From positions 1-64,000 of the forward strand of contig CAUYUJ010000064.1 in assembly GCA_963575745.1 (NCBI GenBank): 64,000 nucleotides of DNA, written 5' to 3'. This document shows positions 25,501-40,154 of this stretch, piece after piece (the first letter of the stretch is position 1; every line of letters starts with the position of its first letter). The notes under the pieces are model-generated. The model was not told where the DNA came from, ran no database searches, and saw only the letters and a program-made list of their open reading frames with translations. The position numbers and the translations under genes were made by a program. This DNA comes from Prorocentrum cordatum. Its lineage: Eukaryota.

Positions 25501-28500
25501 CCCTTTACAAAAAGTGAGTATGTTTTTATTCTGGGTTCCGGCTTTAGGCGCATGGGGGGGAGGGGGGGGGGTCCGGCTCTCGGCCCGTAGTCAATGCCTT
25601 CGATTGAATCATGTGGGGAATCCTGTGGGAGATGCCGATGAGGGAATCCTAGGGGAGACCCCCCATGGGGGAATCGCGCAGCGGCTGCGCGGGGCTGCGC
25701 CAAGGCTACGCTTGATTTGGCAAGCCTGTGCCAGAATTGCTAGGGATCACCTATTCATGATTCCACGAGGCCGTCGCTGGCATAACAGGGGAGGGCCCAG
25801 CCGGAGGCATGCTTTCTGGCGATCGGGTCTGGCGCCCCTGAGCCCTTTCGTTGTGGTTCCAGAAGAGTAGCACGATAAAATGCGCACAGTTGCACACATC
25901 AGCGATTCGAGTTTCTACCGGGGGAGGGGGGGGGGGGCGCCGGCCCCTGTAGTTCGTCCGATCGATTGAAGCAGGTGCCAAAATCAGCCCGGAACTTCTC
26001 TACGGGGGGGGGGGGGAGGGGCGTTCCGCCGAAAGCAAAAACAAATAATAAAAGAATGCTCACAAAGGACATCGTTAACAGAACCAGATTTGACCTTTAC
26101 GGGGGGGGACAGACATCTCTTTCCTGAGAAGGGAGCGACCCACGCGTCACACCACCATGCAGATGGTACACCAAACCCGTCCTCTCCCTGGCACTGGCCA
26201 GTATCTGCACACCATGGATGCCCATGGGAGTTCCTCGGGATCCGAGGGGAGGGTGAGATCTGGCCGGTGCAATTACAAATCATCTGGGGGAAGAGGACTG
26301 GATCTTGTGCCACGGCGGCAACCGGAGTTTCTCGCTGTCGCCGTGGCACCAGCAACCTCCAGGGATCACTGTTGCTGCCATGACACTAGCGACAACAATC
26401 GGGGACGCCTCCCCATGGATATGTGCCGTGCTCGCGGGCATGGTGTGTTGCTGACAGGCACCCGGGAGCCTCCAGACGCCTCTAGAGGCGGCCGTCGTCG
26501 TCGTCGTTTCGTCGTCGCCGTCGTTGTCGTGGTCGTCGTCGTCGTCGTGGCCGTGGTTGTCGTCGTCAGCCAGGGCCTTGTCGCGAAGCCCGGCTGGCCA
26601 CGGAGCAGCTCCCAAGGCGTGGCCAGCGGAGAGGGGGATCGCGGGGTCGGCTCCAGGTGGCTCCCAAGCCTGGGTCAGCCAGAGGATCTGGGAGGGGACT
26701 GGCCGATCCACGTTAGCGCCGACCCTCGTTGCGTGAGCCCCGGAACAAGAAAGTCTCGCGGCCGCCGGGCATTCCCGCGTCTTGCCCTGGAGCACTACGC
26801 TCTGCGGGCAAGACGTGAGAATGCGCGGGTCGGGTCCAAAACGGCGCACGGGCCAACGTCGAGAAAAAAAGCGGACGGCGTGCTTCGGTCCGTGGCGCCC
26901 AGGATGGAGGGCAGCGGCGTTGAGATCATCATCAGCCCCAAGATGGCCAGATGGCCACGAGGGCGAGGACGGAGCCAAAATCGGGACACAAATCGAATCG
27001 AGATGATCCGGTGAACTGGTGAACTCTGAAAGCCAGCGACTCTAGAAGACGTGTCGGCCCTTCCAGAGAGCTCTGGAGTGCTCCGAGAGTATATTCTGGA
27101 ACGCTCTGGAGCGATTGATCCTCATCCTGGGCCAGCTTGAGGCAGGCCAGGGGACCCAGACTTGGGGGTGCGGGCCAGGTGGGGTTAGGTCGGGCGTGTC
27201 CCCCATACAGGCGGATTTGGGGGGGAAAGTTAAGGAGGAAGACTCCCAACAAGAAATCAAAAATAGTAAAAAATAGCCGAAAAATCGTCCCCAGAGTATT
27301 TTTATACTATCTTGAATTTTCCTCCCGTAGAGGGACATGCCCGACCTACAGGTGGAGCAAGGCAGCGCCACCTGAGCGGCGGCGCGCACGTACTCTTCAC
27401 GCCCCACTCGCCCAGGCCTCTCCGGCGCCCTTCTCCTTGCAACAGTCGGTGCGCTCGGGCCCTCGACCTCGGCATCCGCACGGCCTTCGCGCCGTGCCTC
27501 TTACTCGGGTGGGGCCCGAGACGGGCCTCCGAGGGCCCAAAATCTCTCGGGAGGGGGCGGCGCCTCGGCTCGCTCCCTGGACGCCCGAGGCCTGGACGCC
27601 CGAGGCCCTGGGCCTGCCTGCGCGCGCGGGTCCTTCATCAGCTGCACGAGCGCCTTGGCGTGCTCGGGGGTGTCGTTCTGGCCCCGCAGCAGCAGGTAGC
27701 AGATCCAGACCTCGGCGCGGCCGCTCCCTGCAGCCCGGCGGGTGGACGGGGGAGGGGAGCGGAGGCATGCCACGCGAGAGGCCCTCCCCTCCCCTCCCCG
27801 TCCCTCCCCTCCCTCGCCCCTTCCTCCCTCCACTCCTGCTTCCCCTCCGCCTCCCGCCCCTCTACATCTCCCGTCCCCCCCCCCCACACCTCGCCTCCTC
27901 GCCTCCACGCTCGTCCCCGCACTCCATCCTCTCCCTCCCGCATCGCCCTCTCACCCTCGCGCTCCTCCTCCTCCCTCCCCCTCGTGGGGGGGAGGCCGAC
28001 GGGGCACTGCCATCAGACCGCCAGAACCCGCCTGAGGTGCAGGCGCGTCTGCCCGTCTTCCTGATCCGCCGGTCCATGACCTCGAACACCTCGCGCATCG
28101 GATACCTGGCCGGTCAAAAGCGGCCCTGGGCGGGCAGACAGCCAGACCAGCCCACCTCCAGGAGACGCCCGCCCCAGCACGGATAGGGCGAATGGCGCCC
28201 GAGCCAACATGAGAATCCCGAACCTGTCCCTGTCCTTCCTTACACCCCTGCCATCCAATAGGTCCGGTCGCAGGCCATCCCTAATCTGCCCGCAGGAGTC
28301 AGCAAGAAGGGTAACAACTGGGCCGACGAGATGGCCAACCTCGGCAACGACCTGCACGACGCCCTGGGCCACGACCTCAGGCGAGTGCAGCAGATGCTCA
28401 GGCAGCTGCGGCAGGGGCCATGAGAGACCCACCCAGCCAGCCACGCTAGGAGAAACGGAATTGTAAGAATACATGCCGATCCTGCCTAGGCTCACTCTGA

Positions 28501-29390
28501 GCCCACCATCGGTGCACACGCTCAAGCGTATACAGTCAAAACGTGTATTAAGGACGGGGGGCAAGAGCGCAAGACCCTTGGAGGCCCAAGTTGGGATTTT
28601 GGGAGGGCGGCGGGCGACCAGTGAAAACGGCGAAGGACGGGCCGCAGAGGCAAGGACACAAAGGCACCCTGGATGAAGGCGCGCGTCCTTACTAGGCGCG
28701 TGGACTGTATTCCGATCCCGTTCCCAGCGTGGGCCTGACCGGGATCGGCGCGTGCGCCTAGATCTCGCCACCCAGGCACGCACCTGCGCCCCTTCTGCTC
28801 GGCGGCGGGGCGCGCGGCGCCCATCCCGCATCCAACGACTCGCGGCTGGTGGCGGCGTGAGAACGCGCGCGCGCAGGCGGGCAGGGAGAAGGGGAGGGGG
28901 AGGAGGGGGAGGAGGAGGGGGAGGGCTCGAGGGCTCGAGGCTGAGCGCGCGCGTCCGCCGAGACGAACACACGGCGGCGGCGGCGGCAGGCGGGCGCCTT
29001 CAGTCCTCAGCAGGGGACGTCCACGAAGCCGCGGGAGAAGGGGGGATGAAGGGCGACCGCGCCGATCACGCACCTACCCACCCAGAACACTTCTGCAACC
29101 CTTGCCCCCAAGTCGCAGGTTGGGCGCAGCCACGCCCGCCCCCATCGTGAGTAACTTGGGTACCCCAGGGCACATGCGGTTCAGCGGCACCAGCCGGTTG
29201 CGTTCCTCCGTGAAGGGCGAGTGCAGCGAGAAGGCCAGGTTCACCTCCCCCTTCCCGTTCCACTTCTTTCAGACGGACATGGAGAGACAGAGATAGAGAG
29301 AGAGAACCAAAAACCAGAGAGAGAGCGAAAACCAGATATTTAAATATTATGTATACATATATATACACATACACATATATATACATACAA

Positions 29391-29462
<72 letters not shown>

Positions 29463-31679
29463 GTAAATAAACATATACCTGTATATGTACATAAACATAT
29501 ACGTATGTGTATACATATACGTGTGCATGTACATGCACATGTACATGTACATATACATATACATATACATATACATGTACATGTACATGTACATGTGCAT
29601 GTACATGTACATGTACATATGCATATACATATACATATACATAAACATATACATATACATAAACATATACATATACATATACATATACATATGAGTATAC
29701 ATATACATGTACATCTACATATACATAAACAAAAAGGTATACATATACATATACATTTACACATACATAAACATATGCATATGTATATACATATACGTAT
29801 ACACATACATAAACATATATATATATATACATATATACACATACATATATGTATACATATGCATATGCATATGCATATGCATATATATAGACATAGACAT
29901 AGACATATACATACACATAAACATATACATCTACATATACATACACATATGCATATGCATATACATATACATATACATATACATATAGCCCTCTGAACCC
30001 ACTAAGAACCCCCCTTTTCTCATGATTATATATGAATTTATATATGATTCCTACGAATTCCGGACTCAATTTTGAGGCTCTTTTTCGCCTCCTTCTCAAC
30101 ACAACACCCCGTACTCAACAGCCTCCTTCTCCAACACAACACCCGATACTCAACAAGCTCCCTCCCCAAGCTGAACTTGAAAATAACCTTCTACTCAACT
30201 CCCTCCGTCTCCAACACAACACCCAGTACTCAACAGCCTCCTTCTCCAACACAACACCCGATACTCAACAGGCTCCCTCCCCAAGCTGAACTTGAAAATA
30301 ACCTTCTACTCAACTCCCTCCGTCTCCAACACAACACCCAGTACTCAACAGCCTCCTTCTCCAACACAACACCCGATACTCAACAGGCTCCCTCCCCAAG
30401 CTGAATTTGAAAATAACCTTCTACTCAACTCCCTGCGTCTCCAACACAACACCCAGTACTCAACAGCCTCCGTCTCCAACACAACACCCGATACTCAACA
30501 GGCTCCCTCCCCAAGACTTGAAAATAACCTTCTACTCAACTCCCTCCGTCTCCAACACATCACCCAGTACTCAACAGCCTCCTTCTCCAACACAACACCC
30601 GATACTCAACAGGCTCCCTCCCCAAGCTGAACTTCAAAAAAACCTTCTATATGAATTTATATATGATTCCTACGATTTTCGGACTGAATTTTGAAGCTTT
30701 GTTCGCATCCTTCTCCACACAACACCCAGTACTCAACAGCCTCCTTCTCCAACACAACACCCGATACTCAACAGGCTCCCTCCCCAAGCTGAACTTGAAC
30801 ATAACCTTCTACTCAACTCCCTCCGTCTCCAAACAACACCCAGTACTCAACAGCCTCCTTCTCCAACACAACACCCGATACTCAACAGGCTCCCTCCCCA
30901 AGCTGAACTTGAAAATAACCTTCTACTCAACTCCCTCCGTCTCCAACACAACACCCAGTACTCAACAGCCTCCTTCTCCAACACAACACCCGATACTCAA
31001 CAGGCTCCCTCCCCAAGCTGAACTTGAAATAACCTTCTACTCAACTCCCTCCGTCTCCAAACAACACCCAGTACTCAACAGCCTCCTTCTCCAACCCAAC
31101 ACCCGATACTCAACAGGCTCCCTCCCCAAGCTGAACTTGAAAATAACCTTCTACTCAACTCCCTCCGTCTCCAACACAACACCCAGTACTCAACAGCCTC
31201 CTTCTCCAACACAACACCCGATACTCAACAGGCTCCATCCCCAAGCTGAACTTGAAAATAACCTTCTACTCAACTCCCTTCGTCTCCAACACAACACCCA
31301 GTACTCAACAGCCTCTTTCTCCAACACAACACCCGATACTCAACAGGCTCCCTCCGTCTCACACACACACACAAGTACTCCAGATCCAAGCACCACAACA
31401 CGACGCGACACCCGAAACTCCAACCGCACCCGCCCCCCTTTTTTCTCTTGGCAAGTTCCTAGAGAAAACGGGGGTTCATGTTGGTGCTGAGGCCTACATA
31501 TACATATACATATACGTATACATGTACAAATACATATACAAATACATATATACACACATGCATAAACATATACATATGCATATACATATACATATGCATA
31601 TACATATACATAAACATAAACATAAACATAAACATATACGTATGCATAAGCATAAACATAGACATAAACACATACATAA

Positions 31680-31719
<40 letters not shown>

Positions 31720-34700
31720 GTACATGTACATAGTCCTAGGCATAGACATATACACATATATATATGTACAGATATACACACATGAAAAGGAGCCTTGTGC
31801 GCCCCCGTTTCTTGAAGCGGTCCGTGCGGACTTTTGAGCCGAATCCCGAGGAAGAGAAGAACTGGAAAGGTCTTCGGTGGCATTGGCACGAGCCCGGTCA
31901 GACAACCCTCAAAAATAGATATATTAAGTGTGTTTTTGTCCTCGGGTGTGTTTGGTTCCGAACCGAAGATCATAACACGAACCGCAAACTCACACTATTT
32001 GCGTCGGCGGCTGGGCAGAGGTCACTGCTCCGGCGATCTGGCATCAGTGGGGCGCGCTAGATGCAAATTGTGCCGCGGTGCGCGGGGAGAAAAAGGAAGC
32101 CCGGCGCAGGCGGGAAGGGAGGAAGCCGGGCCCGCCGGGCAAGTCCCAGCGGCGGCGGGGCGGGCGCCGGGGGGGGAGCCAGCCGCAACGCCAGGCAGCA
32201 GCTAGGGGGAAGGCAGCCCAAGGGCGGGCAAGCACACACACACACACACACAACAAAAACACACACACACACACACACACGACACACGAATGTGTTGTTG
32301 TCCTCGGGTGTGTTTGAAACCGAACCGAAGATCAAAACACGAACCGCAAACACACACACACACACACACATACACACACACACACACACGCAAACACACA
32401 CATTTTTTGCGTCGGCGGCTGGGCAGACGGTGACTGCTCCGGCGCCTTGGCAACAGGGGACACGCCGTATGCAAATTAAAGCCGTCAGGCACGGAGGAAG
32501 AGGAGGAGCCCCGGCGCGACAGGAAGAGAGGAAGCCAGGCCCACTCAGAGTCGCCGACTGCGGCAGGGGAGCGCTGGGGGGGGTACCCAGCGCTGGCACT
32601 GAGCTGCACTGAGCTGCACTGAGCTGAAGCTGGGGCAAGCGCGGCCCAGCAGACTGAGCGCTGTGTTTGAAGACACAAACACACAAGAAAACAAAACAAA
32701 ACAAAAAGTGGGGTGGTCTTTGCGGGCTCTCCCATGGGGCCCAGTAGGGCAGATCCCAGAGTCCCCAGGGACTGTTTTTTTGTTTGTTCAGTGTTAGGTC
32801 GGGCATGTCCTCCTACAGGGGGATTCTGAGCGAAAGATCAAGAATAGATGTACACACATTAAAAAAAAACAAACACATAAAAAAGTCCCCATGTTATGGT
32901 TTACTAAATTTGAAAGCTCCTCATGTAGAGGGACACGTCCGAATTGAGTTTAGCGTTCCTCGGTTCATGTGTTCCGAACTGAAAACCAAACCGAGAAAGC
33001 TTTGGGGGGGTCCCGCATGGGGGCCCAGCAGGACAGATCCCGAAGAGTCCCCCAGGGATTAGCTGTTTGTCTTGTCGGCTGTCCTTGAAAGTTTTTGGGC
33101 TCCGAGCTGAACCCACCCGCCCACCACCAAAAAAACAACCACAAAAGTGGGGGGGGATCTTTGGAGGCTCTCCCATGGAGCAGGCGGACGGGCGTCTCGC
33201 TCCGACGGCGACATGAATGAGCTCTATTCATTCGTTGGTGGCTCTGCGAACGCGACTGGGGAACCCGAGCTTGTGCCAACAACACATCTGAAGAATAATG
33301 ACAACAAACGTAGACAATAATTCAGAAGCCTTAGGGGAATTCCGGCACAATATTTCGCATCAAAATCCGAATGGGTCTATTTCAAATACATCATGCGCGC
33401 GTTGAGCAGGATCATGTCCCAAAGAATATGAAAGATGTTGCCGCCATGTTTGGTGAAGCGCAGATGCGAGACGCGCCTCCAGCGGGCCTCACAATTGTGC
33501 TGTTCATGGTTGCAATTGGAACGTACAGTTCTTTAGCGTCGTTGTTGAACACATGAAGCTTACGACAAAAGCTAAACTTTCAACAGCCTTGGGAATCATG
33601 CGATCATGACCAGGCTCAAATGTGTAATCGTTACAGGAGAAAACAAGAATGAATCCGATTGGCCAGAAGGTGGTACCAATGAGGTTTGGCGCACATCCTG
33701 TCTAAAGAACGTGCATGTCGGCGGTAATAGAGATCCATTCGCGAATTGATGGGGCGTTTCCCGAATGCGAGCGACATGTCTTCTTCTTGTATGGAAGTAC
33801 CCAATGGGTTGAAAAACGTCGAGGGAATATGTGCGCTCCGTACTGTGCAGATCCTGCTTTGGTCCCAATGAGCTCATGGTACTGAGACACACGTGCCGGA
33901 TGAAAATGTGTCAGACCTCCTCAGGCCGAACGTAAGGAAGATGAGCCATATGTGCTTCCAGTGCAGATTCACGTTGTTGCACCTATACCGTGGCGTGCAG
34001 GCAATGTTGCAGCATATGGAGCCAGCGGGATGCAAAATTCAGACATGCAAAAAAAGCAGCTTGTAATCTCAGTTGGTTTAAAGGAAGAAACAGCCGAGCC
34101 TGCGCGACCGAGACAAGACAAATCAGGAAGATGCGCATCACGAAGAGGAGGCGCCAGGGTCTGCCCGCAGGCTCACAAAGAAGACGCGACAGAGGACCCC
34201 TGAAATAATGTTTTCGTCATACGAGAACTAATGCATTGGCATGCTATGTTTTGTTCTCATAAAACGCCAGTGCTGTCGTCTGTCTATAAGCAAACCAAGC
34301 AATACGTTTGGCAGTGCAACCCCTGTCAGAGAGAATATCAGAGACAGGTCCCTCTGACATGATAGTTGCTCCTCCGCAAACTTGTTGCATCTGCATGCGT
34401 GCGTGTTTCCCGCATAGCGACTCTGTCGCCCAACTACACGCAACCGACAGAGAGGAGATCAGCACAAGGGAATATCTCTGCCAAAGAGGATATCTCTGCC
34501 AGAGAGGATATCAGCACAAGGAAACCCTGGGGTTGTTTTTGTACCAGAAACTCTGCATCTGCATGTTGTGTGGTTACCCACAAGGCGCTTTTCGGTCGCC
34601 CAACCATAGGAAAAGGGCAATGCTTGTGCTCGAAGAATCTCCGCCAAAGAGAAACAATATCAGCACCTGGGGGGCCTGGGATGAGTTTTTCGTCAAGCGA

Positions 34701-35248
34701 AAAACTGCATCGGCATTTCACGTGGCTTTCCGAGGCGCCGCTTCGGTCGTCCAACTATCAGCAACCACGATACGCTTGGCGGCGAAATCTTCGCCTGAAG
34801 GTAGAATATGAGCACCCAGGGGGCCTGGGGCTAGGGCTTACCAAAAAGATAGAATCATACTCGGTACCTTTGGAATGTACAAAGAGGGTGAGACAGATGA
34901 AGAGAGTCCGATGATCACGGCAATGCAACGTTGATCCATGTCCAAATCGTTCGCGCGCGCCTTTGCAACATGTGTCAACAAATGGTGGGTGTATGCATAG
35001 TTACACAGTCATGTAATTCTCGCTTCGGCAAAACTAGTTTGATGTGGGACGCAAGAGCTGGGCGCACAGCGTTCCCCGCCCTATCAAGAATATCGGCACG
35101 TCGATAGACAAATACGAACAAGTGTATAGACACTTAATATACAAAGAAAGGAAAACCTAAACCAGATACCAGAGACCAGACTAGAGACTAGAGCAGAAAC
35201 AACTACAAGTTGAGAGACGAAGATGTAGATATCGAGAGAGAGAGAGAG

Positions 35249-35326
<78 letters not shown>

Positions 35327-38300
35327 GAGAGAGAGAGAGAGCACGTAAGAGAGACACAGAGAGAAAGAGAGAAAGAGAGGGAGAGATCTATATATATATA
35401 TATATATATGTCACAAACAGAAGGAGAAGGAAAGAGAGAGAGTGAGAGAGAGAGAGAGAGAAATCAAACAACACAGAAGAAGAGGCAGAGAGAGGCAGGG
35501 AGAGATGTAGAGCGAAGGGGGGGGGCACTGAGAGAGGGGGGGGCGCAGCGATAGGATTGAGCCACCCGGCGGCGGAGACCCCTGCCATCTGCCCCCTGGC
35601 CTGAGGGAACTCCTCCGTAAGCTTCAGGATCCCTGGGATCACGCCCACTGTGGAGACCTTGGGCATGTGCACAGCTCCCAGCTCCTCGTCTCCCTAGCAT
35701 CCTCGTCATCGCCCTCCCCCTGAGAAGACCATCGGCAGCACCACCTCATTGACACTGTCGTGTGGATCGCCCTCGCTTCCAGCGAACCGGAAGAACAGAA
35801 ACCATGTGCAGCAGTCTGGCCGAGCCCGAGATAGGATCCAGCCCGCTCAGTCGAAATCAAGCAACAACGGTCGCCGGCCCGCCGTTCTTCGCATCACAAA
35901 GACAGCAAAGGGCAACATTCTATTGTTGATACGAACACAAACGATGGCCAAGCCAAAAGAGAAGTCATCCAGGGCAGCATTGAGAAAAAAACAGCGCTTG
36001 AAACAAATGACAAGCAACTATGCTGTCAAGCCTGTCTTGTTTCATGAGCGCCCCGTACCGTGGCCACGTCTGATCAGAGGATGGTCGCTGAGCAATCCGT
36101 CAATGGCTCGAATTAGAAAACACGTTATGCCCACTGCCGCCCTTACGATACCAATACACATACGTCGCGATGGGCATCTAGGCCAACCAGGGCACAGACG
36201 TTGATGCGTCGCGCAGACATTCCTAGCAGTTCCTGGGACGTCATGATGTTCAGCGCGTCAAACACCTTCGGGTTGGCAAGCGGCTCGCCCATGCCCATGA
36301 GAGACACGCTGTCGATCTTCTGATCGCGCTGCATGAAGTACAACACCTTCCCACTCCCGCTGCTCCATCACCCTCGTCTTGCTCCTTCGCCTGCCCTTGC
36401 CCCAACGTCCTGAGTTCGAGAGCTCCGATTCCTCCTAGCAGCGAGGCCGCCCCACAGCAGGACGGAGCTCGCCGTGCCTGGTGACTTCTTCGCTCATCCC
36501 ACCAAGCTTTCAGTCGGGCGTGTCCCCCTACAGGGGGATTTTGGACGAGAAGTGTAAACTACCCGAAAAATACGCAAGAATGGCAAAACAAAATGCTCAA
36601 AAAATTGTCCCCTGACTATTTTTCAACTATTTGGGAATATTCCTCCTGTAGAGGGACGTGCCCGACTTAAACCAACCTTGAAGCCTCCACCTCCAGACAC
36701 CCCCCCCTCGCGACCCACCATCCTCAGAACAGTCCGCCCTCTTTCCCTGAGAGCCCGAGTCAGGAGAAGACGGTAGGAGAGAAACGATCGGGACGATTAG
36801 AGCGAGGAGCCAGGAGGGAGGAAGAGGGAGAGGAGAGCAGAGGGGGAGGTGGAGGAGGGGGAGGGGCCAGGAAGGGGGGAGGAAGGCAGAATCCTCCGAA
36901 CACGACTGGGATCACATGATCCCCCCAAACCGTCCTTCCCAATTCTCGGTGCCAGAGCAGAGGAGGGGCATGGTTGAGACGAGGAGAGAGAGGGGGGAGA
37001 CGGAGGAGACGGAGCAGGACAGCATTATTAAAATCACGAAGACAGGCTCCGGATTCACAAACTGGAATGTGGTGAGACCAAAAGGAAGGAAGAGGCAGCT
37101 CGCCTTCTTGATCTCCTCCGGCAATCCGCATGCTCGCTGCAAGCTCGCAGCCCCTTCTCCTGCCGACGAGCCACCTGTAGATGTAATTACCTCCACGGTG
37201 CAATCTCGAGGCCGTGGTAGCAGTGGCGCCCCCACAGCGCTGGGGCGATGCGCATCCATGCTGGCAGGCAGTACTGGAGGCAAAAAAGGCGGGACGCGAG
37301 GAGGTGCAGCAAGCGCAACGACTGCATTGCACACTGCCCTGCATTGGGCACCATACCGCCAGTGGGCCCAATTGGCCAGGGCATCGGGGGAGCCAGGGGG
37401 GGGCAGCAGGACGAGGCGCCACGCTGGACGAGCAGGCGCCTCGCAGGACGCGGCGCCGGACGCAGGACGGGGCGGGGCCTGGTCGCAGATCTCGTCCGCG
37501 TCCAGCTGCCGTTTCAGGCCAACCTTCGGGGCGCTCCAGAAAGGGCCCTCGCCTCTGGCACATGCCCTCGCCTCTGGCGGAGCGCGGCGGAAGCCGGCGG
37601 CGGGCCCCATAGCGGAACCCAGCGAGGAGCCGCCTCCGCATAGGGGGGGCGCGTGAGTGCGGAGTCGTGGTACAGCTCCACCTTCTGACTCTCAACCGTC
37701 TGAAACGTCGAACTTTACATGCGCCGACTTCGGTTGGTTTTGTGTATGGCCCCACACGAAGCGTCCTGATGAGGGGTACTAGGACGCAGGGCTCAAAAAA
37801 AACAAAAGTATGGCGTCAACACTTTGGGGTTCGGCGTTTCTGGGCTCGGCCACCTGGGTCCGTGGTCGCTTGCCCAGGCACAACCGCGAGGGCCCTTCAG
37901 GCACCTCCACCTCCAACGACGACAGCATTGTTCACGACCACGACAACGACTCCTCTGTCCTCTTTCGTGTATTATTTATCCTCAATCCTCTTCCTCCCCG
38001 TCCTCCTCCTCGTCCTCCACAGAATCATCATCATCAGCAGCAACAGAAGCAACCGCAGCAATATCACCATCATTATCATAATCAGCATGATCAGCAGCAG
38101 CAGCAGCATCCTCATCATCATCATCACCATCACCAACACCAGCATCACCTTAAACGTCATCGAGATCGTAAACATGATCATCATGATCCCCCTCATCAGC
38201 ATCATCACCACCATCATCATCCGCATCATCATCAGCATCATCATCAGCAGCAGCATCGTGATCGTCATCATCGGCATGACCATCGCCATCAACAGCAGCT

Positions 38301-40084
38301 TCATCAGACTCATCATCGTCATCGACATCATCATCAACATCCTCATCCTGATGTGAAGTCCCCCTGGCCTGCGAACCGCAGTCCCTGACCCAGACCGAAG
38401 GGATACCAAATCTGCGGTTGTCGTTCCTGGCCGCCTTCGCGTTGCCAGGGCGGCGGTCGCGCGTCCGGCCCAGAGGCTGGAACACGGCCTCCAAAGTAGA
38501 GGCCGACGAAGGTATCAGAAGTCGGAAGACCCAGAGGGGCACAAAGACGAGGAGAAGGGGCCCTTAGGGCAGCCGGCCAGTCCACCAGGGGCCTGGGCGC
38601 TGCCGTCCAAGGGCGGCCGTCGACCGCCAAAGCTTGGATCCGAGATCCGTGGATCTGGCGCGCCGAACGTACCCGCGGCTACAAGAGGCCACCTCCCAGA
38701 TCGAGATTGCCTGCTGCGGCCACGCGTCCGAGGAGAGGGAGCGGCAGACGACGGCGACGACGAGGGGGGGGCCCAAGACCCGAGGCAGGCGAAGAGCGAG
38801 GAAGGAGCGAGAGTCAGTAGGCCGGGCGGCGCAGCACCTCACGGGGCTGCCGGGCGCGGGGCCGCCACGTGGACAAGCAACGAATTCCCCCCACTGCGCC
38901 GGCCGCGAGCCAGAAAACTCATTAAGCGAGGCGGAAATGCAGCACAGGAGGAAGGGGAGGAAGGAGAAGGGGGAGGAGGGAAGCCAAAACGCTGCGCGTC
39001 GACACGCGGCCTCCTGGCCCAGGCAACTCCCCGTCGGAACAGCCACGCCTCCACGGTTGTCCAGTCGCGAGAGCGCGGAGGATGGCTGTCGTTCGGGGGC
39101 GGGGCCAGCCGTAGCACGTGAACGCCAGCGGTTGGCACGTGATGTTTTGCAGTGCCAAGGCGTCCGCGCGCGCGGAATAGCACTCGACCTTGCGTCGGTG
39201 CATGGTGGCCGCGTAGTCACGGCCTGCGGCCACAACGTCGAGCGAAGCCACGCCAACATCGAGGGCCATGAGACCGATGTCCAGGGCGCCAGTGAGGACG
39301 TCTGCTGATCGGAGCCGCGCGCCTGGAACCAGGCCTTCGGCCTCGAGTTCGGCACCAGGATCACGGACTTTGGCGGCGTCGCGCACCCGTCGCGCCACTG
39401 CGCGGCGCCCCCGGGTGGACTCCGCGCGGCTGCAGCTCCAGGAAGGCAGCGCCGCCAAGGCCGCAGAGGCGGGGTCGAGATGTCCTGCTGCGCCGACGTG
39501 AAGGCGAAGAGCCTCGATGAAGTCTGGGGGAAGCCATTACTGGGCCCATGTGCTTGGACAGGTTCCAAAGCCGGGTGTGGGTGCTCGAGGTCATCGAACC
39601 GCCGCAGCACCGCGTCGTCGCCCGCGTTCTGGTTCCGGTCGCGGAGGTCGCGCCTGTCCTGCTCGTTGAGATGGCGGAGCAGCGCTCTCTGCAGGTGCAG
39701 CTGCCTTGTGCGCGGAGAAGAATTGGGGTGTTCATCACGCTCGTCCTCGTCCAAAGGGAGCAAATTGCGGCCGATGCCCCAGGGGCGGGGGCGGCGCCCG
39801 CTGGGGGCGGCTGCGGGCGCCTCCGCGCGCGGGTCGAAGAGCGCATCCCACCGCTCGTCAGTGCCCGCGAGCGCCTCCGAAAGCGCGGCAACGACGAAGG
39901 CGCCCTGCGCGGGCGGGGGGCTGAGGGGGAGGCGCGCGCTGGTCGTAGGCTGCCATGACGAGCTCCGAATCACCCAGCCCTCTCTCTGCGAGGTGCGTCG
40001 CCATCTCGCGCACGTGCGGTCTCGAGCATACGCGGCTGGCCACGAAGGCGGCGAGCGGCACCTGCGCGACGGCACGCATCACGG

Positions 40085-40154
<70 letters not shown>

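Noticed and set aside
30028..31360. CRISPR-like appearance or repeat protein in the 115-bp array
   Set aside because: Units are contiguous and near-identical with no unique spacers, there are no cas genes, and the 115-bp period is not a multiple of 3.
33200..35100. AT-richer unique block, possible decayed transposase
   Set aside because: Only short ORFs and no motif I can support.
35249..35324. 76-nt poly-A as a retrocopy tail
   Set aside because: It is embedded in (GA)n with no adjacent retrocopy or TSD; it may be a homopolymer or assembly artefact.
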